Below, piece by piece: positions 54,169 to 64,000 of a DNA stretch of 64,000 bases (within the stretch, counting starts at the first letter, position 1; the number at the start of each line of letters is the position of its first letter). The stretch is from NCBI GenBank assembly GCA_001687465.1, contig LVLI01000140.1, forward strand, positions 186,001 to 250,000, read 5' to 3'. The DNA is from Halocafeteria seosinensis. Its lineage: Eukaryota. Position numbers and translations under genes: made by a program. The notes below the pieces were generated by a model. That model was not told the DNA's origin. It searched no databases and worked only from the letters and a program-made list of their open reading frames with translations.

Positions 54169-54449
54169 TTTCCAATTCACTATATCAGTTCTTGTGCATA
54201 CAAGCAATCGATTAACTATGCATAAATACACATGGATCGTGGAGGAGAGTAATGAATGAATGGGGCTGCAAACAACCCATTCCAACTTCATTCAACTACA
54301 GAGCCTGATTCATACAAGTGTTAATATGGATAACACTACTAGGTTGGGGATGGTTTGTAGTGTATAATAAGTAACATACTCGAGGAGGGATAGGAAGCGA
54401 ATGAAAACAATGAAAAACATAGTGTTGCACCGTAGCGCATAAAGACACC

Positions 54450-55074
54450 ATGGTGGATGTGCATAGCTCCATCCAGAATGCTCCAGGAGCCATCTGGGGA
54501 TTTCTGGAACAGTATGGCTACTATCTGCTGGCTCTAGTGAGTGGAAATGAGCAGTGAAAAGTGTGGCCACAAAGCTGGTGTATGTGTGTTTGTAGCACAG
54601 GTCGTGCTGGTATGGATGATTAAACCGCATATACAGAGTAAAGTACAAGAGCACCGGCATAAGAAAGCTCTAGAAGAAGCAACAGGTTGGTGGGCGAAGA
54701 AATTTGGTATCCGTAAACCTGGATTAAAAAAAGAAAGAAAGAGTGCACTATTCGCAGACCCTTCACGAGTTCAGGAGCTGGAGGAGGAACGGAGGAAAGT
54801 TAGAGAACGTCAGCAGGAAGAACTAGCGCGGCGTAGCCAAGAAAGAGCCAAAAAGGAAAAGGAGAAGAAATCCGAAGAGAAGAAAAGTGGTGTTAACCAC
54901 TTGAAGCCATCTCCGAGACGTATGTAACGCAATTTACTAGTCGTTCGCGTAGACACTGACAACTACCAAGCATCCCTGTGTGCAGCGGGTGGTAATAGCC
55001 CCCTGAATCCACAAACGCGGCAACCGCACCGATTTGGTCGTATGAGGAATAGACCCTCACGAGGCTGAGGATAA
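54450..55074 (+). CDS. SELENOS: Selenoprotein S-like ER membrane selenoprotein (Sec at penultimate codon)
   Basis: Exons 54450-54536, 54601-54685, 54758-54919 and 54986-55074 give 140 aa: ...FLEQYGYYLLALVVLVWM...DPSRVQELEEERRKVRERQQEEL...GGNSPLNP...RPSRG-U-G. TGA 55066-68, GGA, TAA 55072-74; SECIS downstream. Confidence 0.88.
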
Positions 55075-55075
55075 G

Positions 55076-55098
55076 CGACAGGACGAAGAGTCCTGTCG
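55076..55098 (+). promoter_or_regulatory. Stop-proximal hairpin, candidate Sec redefinition element
   Basis: cgacaggac-gaaga-gtcctgtcg, a perfect 9-bp stem starting 7 nt after the Sec TGA. Confidence 0.65.
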
Positions 55099-55115
55099 AA
55101 AAATCGATGTTTACC

Positions 55116-55210
55116 TTCCGGCATGCCTGCTTTACCATGTCATGACGCAGAGGACTTCAATGCCAAACCCGCAAGGCAAGGTCCTTTGCCGAGAAAGCAC
55201 ATGTCGGGAA
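55116..55210 (+). promoter_or_regulatory. Eukaryotic SECIS element, type II
   Basis: Core ATGAC (55142-46) / CGAG (55190-93). Helix II gcagaggactt/aggtcctttgc (11 bp incl. G-U); unpaired AA 55159-60; apical ministem tgcc/ggca; helix I tgcttt/aaagca plus ttccggcatg/catgtcggga. Confidence 0.9.
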
Positions 55211-55298
55211 TGCTTAGAACACCAACACCCTAAAATATAATGTAGGAGTTTATCAAATGCACTGTTGGTGTCAAATCTAGACTTTGTAGGCTCGGTAC

Positions 55299-58024
55299 CT
55301 ACCAGTTCATGAGGTTCTTTGCATCCTTGGTCAATCCATGCTCATTCATAAACTGTATCCACGAAAGCCAATAAGGATCATTTTTCAATGTATTAAAGCT
55401 TCCAATGACGATCATACCCCGTCTAGCACGAGTCATGGCAACATTTAGACGACGGAAATCAGAGAGGAAGCCAACATTGCCTTGATTGTTCGAACGAACA
55501 GCACTGAAAACAATCACGTCCTTCTCTCGCCCCTGGAAGCCATCAACAGATTTTACCTCAATTCCATCCGACATGTCTTCTTCTCCCTCCTCCGAGTAAG
55601 ACTTCATTGTAATACCCATACTTGAGAACACGTTCTGCAAAGCTTTCACTTGTGCTTGATAAGGTGTAACGATACCAAGCTCGTTCATGGAAACAGCGTC
55701 CGGAGCACCGGGCTTTGGATTAAGTAGGGATTTAACGACACTTGAAACAATCTGAACTTCAGCGTCATTGGCTTTGCTCTTTCCTCTACTTTCGTCAAAA
55801 CCTATTGTGACGTCAACGAAGCATATGGGACTCAGCAAGAGCCCGCTGTCGGTCCCCACTAGACCCGAGGCAAATTCCTCGGGTAGCATTGGCCAAGGAA
55901 ACCCCGGGGGAGGGCGTCGATCCTTAATTAAGACCCCGTTATGGATTTTGTTATCATAAAATACCTTCGAGGGCCAAGCTGCTATCAACGGGTGCATTCT
56001 GTATTGAATATCAAGCATGGTGTTGTACGCCGATCGCTTGTCCACAGCTGAATTTTCAGGAGATGATCTGAATAGGTTGATGAGCCGCTCAAATAGTGTA
56101 ATACTGAGTTCTTCTTGTGCCAACGGTGCAAGCACAGTCGGCGGTAGCTGTCGATGGTCACCAATCAAAATAGCTTGCCCTTCTGGTTTGCATCTCATCA
56201 ATGGAACAAGAGACTCTGGCTCTGTGCATTGCGTCGCCTCATCTAGAACTACGAGACCGAAGCAATTGTTGGTCAAAAGGTCACTTCCCGCTCCTGTATC
56301 CCGTAAAAAATTGATCCCATGTTGTTGCAAATCAAGTGCAAGCAATAATGGCACTTACCTATGCAGGTTGCGCATATAACATCTGCAGCCTCAACAATTT
56401 CGTGGCTCACCTTTTCTTCTAGCTGTTTTATCCTTTTGTACCCTTTGCTGAGATTTGCATGTGCCATTCCCTTATCTCTACCTTTGAATGTGTGGATGTT
56501 TTGCGAAATATAGCGCATTTCTTCTTTCAACTGGTCAATTTCGGCAAAATCGGGGTGCTGTTCCATTTGCGCTTCCAGCGTGCAATCGCGTAACTCCGGG
56601 GCGACTTTAACAGGCTGACCAACTCGAACGGCTTTGAGTCCAACACCATCAACTCCTCCCAGAAGCTGATCCACTGCAACGTTCGTTTGAGCTGACACTA
56701 GCACAGGGCCAGCGGTAGGATGCGCCTCCCTCCAATGGTTGATGATTTGCACCGCTGTAGTTGTCTTTCCCTGCAATTGAATCGCACACACGCGCGATTA
56801 GTTTTGGTCGCTGTAACGAAAGTGAGAGCCACACCACACTTACGGTTCCTGGAGGCCCTTGGATTAAAGATATTTGGTGCTGTAAACTATTGGCGACGGC
56901 ATCCTTTTGCGTCGCATTCAAGTGGTTCAAGCTGCTAGCACTTGCAACTTCCCTGCAGTGCTCAGCTGCAACGTGAGAGGAGCCGTCGCTGGTCTCATCA
57001 AAAATCATGTGCGAAGGGCTGCGATTAAGCGATTCGCCACCTTCGGAACTACCAGAGCCCGTCTCCCAAGTTTTGTGGTGCGTTGTGATGAGATTGCGGA
57101 GCCACCGCGGACCATTGTACATGTCCGATGCTATAGTTGTAAGCGCTTTAGACATTCGTTCATACGCTACTTGGTTAGTGCCTTTGTCCACTCGCCATTC
57201 TTGGTCCCGGAGATGGTTGGGTATGTCGTCGACCACAATCTGTAGGAAGGCAGGATACTTACATCCTTAATGAACGTGGACCGAGTAGTTACCCGTCCTC
57301 AGAAGCTTACCTGAATATATTTTCTGGTCTTCATCATTACTACACCTTCGACGTCAACTTGCTTTAGGGACGTGATCCTAAACTTGGAGGATAGTGTTAG
57401 TATGTCTCCATCGGAGAACCTATGATACGGGATGTAACCCTCCGGTCCAAATATTCGAACGACTTGTTTTCCAAAGAACTTCCCATGTTTTTTGGCCGTG
57501 CAATTCAATATAGCATAACCTTCTTGTTGTAATCTCGAAATGGGCCAAGATGATAACCGCTCGTTAACCGCGGCTTCTTCTTCCTCCTTCTCCAGATCAA
57601 GGTACTTCTGGAAGTGGGATTTGTACGGCTGGAACTGGGGGAGAATGGTTGGTTTCGGCTCATCCTCAGTAGCCTTCCTTTTATTTCTACCCCGTTTAGA
57701 GTCTTCATGGTTCCCTCGTTTATTCGGAGTCTGAGTGTTACCGTCTCCGCTAGCATCATCATCTCGGCCCCGTCCTCGTCCTCGACCTCCACGACCACGG
57801 CCACGACCACCTCGGCCACGCCCTCCACCTCTTCCACGATTACCACCTGAATGTCCATCATCCGAAAAGCCACCCTGCCCTCCTCCTCGTCCTCTCCCTC
57901 TCCCTCGTCCTCGTCCGCCGCCTCCTCGATTTCCATTTCGGTTTTCAAAGAATTCAAACCCTTCCCTTCCACCGCCTCTTCCTCCGCGCTGTGCAGCGCT
58001 ATCTAAGAACCCTCTCGCAGACAT
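55299..58024 (-). CDS. IGHMBP2/Hcs1-like SF1B (UPF1-family) helicase with N-terminal RGG tract
   Basis: LDLEKEEE...RLQQEGY...FSDGDI N-domain; QGPPGT|GKTT split by an intron; SAQTNVAVD, DEATQ, GDHRQLPP, QYRMHP, TPYQAQ, SVDGFQGREKD, RRLNVAMTRAR. No UPF1 CH domain. Confidence 0.85.
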
Positions 58025-58361
58025 TGCTCTAACTCCCAACCGATGGAGATGGTGCAAGTGGCTGTAGAATGAGGGGAAACGATAAATTTGGGGTGTGAGA
58101 GAATAAGCGACTCCAGCAGCTGGATGCATACACCTAGTGAAGCCGAGCTCGTGCGGTCGTACAGTGTATGTAACTATGTCGCTCCAGTTTCCTTCTGGTG
58201 AAGCAGTACAGGACAAAACGATCCGTTCTCCTGCAGAATATATTCCTATCAAGGTAGCCCTCTATATACTATGCAAGGCAGCTTTGAAGAACGCCCACCG
58301 ATGTAGTGTCAGTGTGTTCCGGGCAACTTCACAGACTCAGCGCAGGGATACATGTACTGTA

Positions 58362-58409
58362 ATCAAGTTGGATACTGTTCCTGTTATCAAGTTGGATACT
58401 GTTCCTGTT
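58362..58409. repeat. Perfect 2 x 24-nt tandem repeat
   Basis: atcaagttggatactgttcctgtt occurs twice. Confidence 0.9.
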
Positions 58410-59147
58410 TGGTAAGGGAGGGTGGTAAAACACGCTGTTTGTTTTTTGACAATAAAGCCAAGACATCAATACTTGGTTAAGCGTCCTTTAGTTTGTTATA
58501 TCGATATAAATAAATGGAAGCACATTCGTAGCTTTCCATGGTCCCGGTTGTATGACACGTATTGCACGCACAGGTCTGGGGCGAGGAATCCTGCCTATGT
58601 TTGTGGTGCAATTTGTGACACAATTTCACTTTTCTCAAGCAAACTTCGACAGTCGCGAACTAACTGACGGTGTTGTGTTGTATATTGCTCTGTTTGCGCG
58701 TGAAACAACAAGCTGCAGACAACGACAGTTGAACCGGGTTGGACGGACTGTTCGATTTACGTGCTACGAGTTCTTGGAACGTTCAGCACACATCCAGGCC
58801 TCACTGCTATCCAGTAACTGGCAGATGAGGAGGGCAAGACAACAAGTTGCTCAGACGCTTGTGGAGCTACTGGTACAAATGTATTACGAAACAAACAAGG
58901 CGTGACCGTGTATTTGTATTCATCGACCCGGAAGAGCTGTTGTGGAAAACATTCCTGAGTCACAGTGACAGTACCACAGTACGACCACAGTTGCGATTGG
59001 GCAGTTGCATTTCGAAAAGAGCACCTATTTCTGGCAGTACTGGCTAGCTCTAGCTATCTATCTGTACTTACGTGTACATCATGCCTATATGGTACACAGA
59101 GCTCTACAATCCCTGAGAGCCTAAGGAGCATCAGTGAAGTTCAGAGT

Positions 59148-60516
59148 TTAGTACATAAATTTCTTGAATTCGTCGTAAAGGACCAGGACAAGGGCACCTC
59201 CGGCACCTCGGAGGATGTTGGAGAATGCACCCTTGAAGAATGCAGACGGGCCTTCCTGCTTGGAGATTTTTCTGAAGCAATCCAACGTGTTCTTGTATTC
59301 TCGTTGTCCCTCCTCTCGTCCAGACATCATCATCATACGCCGGCGGACGGTATCGAAGGGATACGAGACAACACCAGCAGCGATCGTTACTGTTTGTGCC
59401 ACCATCCAAGACAGGAAGATGTTTGCGTTCTTCGGGTCGGCAAACAGAATGCCCTTAGCGGTGTCGTAGAGACCGAAGTATGCTCCACGATACACGATGA
59501 TGCCCGTCAAGGACACTCCAAAGCCTTGATATAAACCGGAGAGACCGTCATTCTTGAATATTTTATAGCAGCAATGGAAGATTCCATTGAACTCACGATC
59601 GGAAGCAGCCTTGCCCATATCCGTTGCCAGCCGTGTCCTCGCAAAGTCCAAGGGGTATACGAAAAGGAGCGAAGTTCCACCAGCAGCCCCACCGGACGCA
59701 AGATTACCCAAGAAGAATTTCATCTTCTCCTTGTCCTTGTCCACTCCTCCAAGAAACATTTTCTGGTAGGAGTCCTTGAATGCGAAGTTAAGGGCTTGCG
59801 TTGGGAAGTAGCGATAGATGTTACCAAGATTTCCCCTCCACAGCGATAATACACCTTGTTCCTTCGAGACACGCCGGAAAGCATCCATGATTCCATTGTA
59901 TCTGTCAGCTTCCGGGATGTTAGGGTTCGAATACTGGGTCTGGAGCAACAGTTTCACCCGCTCTATTGGAGCAGTTGCTGCATTCAGTCATGAACAAAAA
60001 TACAGGTCAGACAAGTTCGACAATTTCGCTGCGAAGCTGCTTTATCACGAAAAAAATAAAGAAAGAATGAGACATGCATGTTTGATGCCCACACACAGAG
60101 CCAGGGCACTTCGTCCCTATACAGTCCATCCCTTTTTTCTTCCCCTCAGAATTCGCCCCGGACCTTCTTCAGAACAAGCTTCCCCTGACACCAGCTGTGG
60201 AGTAGCAGAACATCCCTCTAAATGCTGCCAGTCGATCGGCAACAATGCATTTCAATAGCACTGTTCAAAGGGGAATCGTCACCAGTTTTGTATAACAGAA
60301 TGAATTCGTCACACCATTCCGCCCATCATCAAATAAGACTGTGAGAACGGACACAGAGATGATGTTCTATGAGAACTTACCGGTCTTAGAAATACCACCA
60401 GCGACACCACCCGCCATAAGATCCTTAAAGAAAGCAGTCGCATTTACTTGCTTCTTCTGTTTCTCCAGTTTCTGCTGTTGCTGGTCCTGCTGCGGTTTGT
60501 TCTCTCCTTCACCCAT
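59148..60516 (-). CDS. ANT: Mitochondrial ADP/ATP carrier, 2 exons (403-nt intron 59978-60380)
   Basis: [52 protein letters not shown], signature RRRMMM. Confidence 0.97.
60076..60277 (-). ncRNA. Candidate intronic H/ACA-type RNA
   Basis: Long hairpin closed by ttcccctttgaa/ttctgaggggaa, then AGAAAA (H box ANANNA), a second hairpin gatg...catc, then ACA + 3 nt; same strand as the host gene. Confidence 0.35.
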
Positions 60517-61393
60517 TTTCCTTGAACTGTGTCCTTGATCTACAACGATATGTTAATGTCCGTTTTGAATATGCACTGACGCAAATGCAAACGTAGAAGC
60601 CCAACGAAGTATATGCTCCTCTTTCCCACTCTCGAGCTCTGCGAAGGACGGTCGTCTTAACAAAACATCCTGTATCACCCAAAGCGCGGAGACTCCGTAG
60701 GTCGCTGACTCAACCGCTTCAATCACATTCCGAGTTACACCCATTCCGCATTAGCCGCGCACTTTGGATCACGCTTATTCTGGAACAACTCGAATGTATG
60801 AGCTATACACGTGCACAGAAGTCTCATAATTGAGAATGCTCGATTGCACTCAGCCCAAGGAGACATCATTCGTAACTCCGATGTTGCTTCGCAGCGCCGT
60901 GCTTTCTATAATACTGTCACTTCTAGTGAAGCTGACCTATGTGTGTTCTGCTTGTTTACTTCGCCGTTGGAGGCTCCGTTGACTAGGGGAACTTCCACAA
61001 CCTAGGAATTTCGCAAATCATCTTGAGACATTGTCGCACACGGTGTGGGTCGCTGTGTGGGTCGGTCGCACTGGAGGGAGTGAACGTCCCATGAACAGAA
61101 AACTAGGTATCCGGCCTCTTTAGGACTTTTTCCCACCCGCAATTTGTACAGGTTCCGTAGGAGTCAAACTAGCACTTCTATTTTGGAGGAGCCATTGTGC
61201 AGCTCCGATGCTAGCAGCCAGCTACCAAAATCTCAGCTTCACAAACGTGCTCAGGATGGTGGTGATTCCCAAACCAAAACATCTTGCAAAGACTTGAGTG
61301 AACCGTCTGTGTTGTCCGCTGGCAGAGTTCGTTTCGTTCAACTCGCCTATTACTGTTGCTGGATGAACTAGTGGAGCATGATAGGCCGGGATA

Positions 61394-62162
61394 ATGCGCG
61401 CATCGCTCACTCGAGTGCAATGTCTGGGTGGGAAGATGTTCTCGAAGACGAACGTAGTCACTTGCAACTTTTTACTCGGTAGAAGTCAACAATGGCGTTT
61501 TCCTCAGGGACCAAATCGAGTCTCAGTATTGGAGAGATGCTTTAGTAGCAGGGAGCGCAGGTTTGAAGTACCACCAGAAAAGCTGGAAACGAACTTTGTG
61601 AGATCGTCTGGGGCTGTAAGTTGTATAAGGTGGCTCAACGCAAGCGAAGGATGTATACGTGCATGAAGTTGCTCTCGTTTCCATTACAGGGTGGTCAAAA
61701 TGTCAACAAAGTGAATACGAAAGTCGAACTTCGCTTCAGTTTGCAGAAAGTAAGTGAGGCTTGATCACTTGACTTCCGGGTGAAAATAGCCATGTACTTA
61801 GCACAGGCTGACTGGATGGATGAAGATACTAAGACGAGGCTTAGTGAAATGTACGACAAACATATGAACAAGTACAATGAGTTTATTGTCACGTCGCAAG
61901 CTACGCGGTCGTAAGTAGCACATCGGAATGTGTACCGCACATCATGCGCGTCTACTAAGGCACTCCGTATTACAGCCAACAAGGCAACTTGGACGATGCT
62001 CTGAGGAAACTACAACGGATGGTTGATCGGGCCAGCAAACCACCCAAGCAGAGACACTTTAAAGCCGGCTTATCTGAACACACGAAAGAGAAACGCAAAG
62101 AGCACAAGCGCCATCGTTCGGAAGTGAAGCAGAAGCGCAAGGGCAAAGGCATAGATGATTGA
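61394..62162 (+). CDS. ICT1: ICT1/mL62 (ArfB-like) mitochondrial peptidyl-tRNA hydrolase, 4 exons
   Basis: FVRSSGA|GGQNVNKVNTKVELRF, SQATRS|QQGNLDDALRKL, basic C-terminal tail; basic/hydroxylated N-terminal presequence. Confidence 0.92.
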
Positions 62163-62180
62163 TACTCAAACATTGCAAGT

Positions 62181-63704
62181 CTAGCTTTGGATCACAGATG
62201 AGCCATAATCTCCTAGCGACCCCTTTCCGGCAGAGCTAAAGGAGCTTTCAGGCTGATGCCTATCTGGACCAACCTTGGTTTCGGGATCTTGCGATCCTTC
62301 TGTGTGAACTGGTCGTTGACTAATGAAGGTCCTCTGTGTGCCCTCAGAGCCACCGCCTCCTCTTGCTCCGGGTCTTCTTAATACGGGTTGTCGCTTTTTT
62401 GAATGTGTAGATTGCTCTCTCTCACCTGATTGGTCTGGCTGATTGTTAGTCACTCGTTTGAGAGGGTCACGGTAGAGTTTCGCCACTTGAGAGAGGGCGT
62501 CAACCTGGTCATGAAGTTTGTGGTTTTCTCGTTTCACTTTTACAAACTCAGAGAACTTTGAACCCATTCGGGTCTTTTGTATTTCCTCTACTTTCATCTG
62601 GAGATGTACTAGAGCATTCTCCAGTTGGCTATTGCGGTCCTCCAACGACTCATAGTTGCGACGAAGTTCGAAGTATTCTTGGCTCTGCTGCTTGGACTCT
62701 TTTTTCAAGTTATCATAATCTTGTAGTGCCTTTGTTCGATCCTGTTTAGCGCGTCTAAGTTGCTGTTGTAGCACGTCATTCCGCGTATCTGCTTGCGATA
62801 ACTGATCATTCAGGCGTGCAATTTCCTCGTCTTTGTGAGTTACCTCCTGTTGAGCTGCAGTAACTTCGGACTGCAAGAAGAAACCAATGACGTACCAATG
62901 GTACCTTAAACCCTTATGAAACAGAATGGCAACTCACCGTAAGCTTAGAGTATAGCTGCTCCTTCTCACTCTGCATGTTTTCTAACTGCTCTTCCTGCTG
63001 CTTGTACTCGTCCTCTAGGGACGCATTCTTTGTGGCTAGTTGCTGCACCTTCTTTTTTAACGAAATGATTGTCTCGTCCTGTAAATGTTTTCGCTACAGA
63101 TCACAAGGGACCACTCTTCCCATATACACGGAATACTAGCTCACTTACCTTCTGTTCGCACTGCTCCTTGTATTCTTGCTCCGCTCGCTTGGATTTTTCG
63201 TATTTTTCACGCATTTCCTCCAGCTCGGCGTCCTGTAGTAAGAATTTGATAAAGAAGAAACTAAAAACCCAGCTTGCTACACTCATCCTGTTCACAAATC
63301 ATACCCTTCCTTTCAAGTCTCGTAGAGTCTCCAGTTCCTGGTTAGCAGCTTGTAACTCCGTTTGCAACTGAATAAAGACGGATGAATCGGCAGGGCAAAA
63401 CAATTTTCAATGCCATGTTATTTTGGCGAAATGCTGAAAAGCGACCCACCTCCTCGATCTTTCGCTTCTGCCTATCGTCTCTATCTCTACAGTGTTGTGC
63501 GTCTTTCTCAGCTTGCTCTGCGCCACGCTCCGCCGCATCTTTCTCCTGAAGCGCAGTCTGTAAGAGCTCCAACGAGCTGGAATAGACAAGATAGTATAAG
63601 CAATAATCTGCCAACGGGCGATATAAATTATCCTTGTTAGGACCACCCTGCTTCACTTACCGTGCATACTTGGCTCGAAGCTGGTTCAAGGATGCCGCAT
63701 CCAT
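62181..63704 (-). CDS. Hypothetical coiled-coil protein, multi-exon
   Basis: Start MDAASLNQLRAKYAR|SLELLQ; heptad-rich exons including ORF 62181..62876 joined by GT-AG introns. Confidence 0.65.
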
Positions 63705-64000
63705 ATTGTTGGACGTATACAAGCCAACTGTCGTAATCGTCAGCAGTCCCTTATCAGTCCTTTTGCCACTGACTTTCTGTATATCCCAAAGGGGATTTCT
63801 TGTGGCTTAGGCGCTCTGCTTACAAGGCACGATCAACTCATTGCTCGGTGAAGCTAACAGAAATTTGGCGCGCTTCGGCAAAACTATTATCAATCTGTCC
63901 GCGTACAACTTTATCTTTACCAACTAGTTTTTCCTTTGGCATCATACCTATCATCATGCCTAGACCCCAGAGATATCTAAAATTACTTCATTCGTTAATA

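Noticed and set aside
55299..58024. Calling the helicase UPF1
   Set aside because: No Cys/His-rich CH domain; the N-terminal segment fits IGHMBP2/Hcs1 better.
58362..58409. Tandem repeats here and at 37745 as CRISPR-like arrays
   Set aside because: Only two copies, no series of unique spacers, no cas genes, eukaryotic context.
58552..58905. 117-aa plus-strand ORF between the helicase and ANT
   Set aside because: No motif or compositional support; probably intergenic or UTR.

Overview
Gene-dense eukaryotic (protist-like; lineage not determinable from sequence alone) genomic window, standard code, with short (~60-130 nt) GT-AG introns. The ORF track therefore fragments most genes, and I reassembled them by eye from splice signals. 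About 28 protein genes: PWWP/PHD chromatin protein, symplekin, TPI, LSG1, CBM48-fused PFK-2/FBPase-2, POP5, RMND5/GID2, PUS7/TruD, MCPH1-like BRCT protein, dolichol kinase, NOP53, phosphomannose isomerase, p24/TMED, small SPT subunit, IGHMBP2-like helicase, ADP/ATP carrier, ICT1, and several hypotheticals. The most notable element is missed by the ORF track: a 4-exon selenoprotein S-like gene (54450-55074) ending RG-TGA(Sec)-G-TAA, followed by a perfect 9-bp hairpin and a canonical type II eukaryotic SECIS element. The predicted protein has no cysteine. A second hidden candidate is an H/ACA-like structured RNA in the unusually long ADP/ATP carrier intron. No CRISPR arrays, rRNA or tRNA were recognised. 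All family assignments come from recalled motifs, not database searches.
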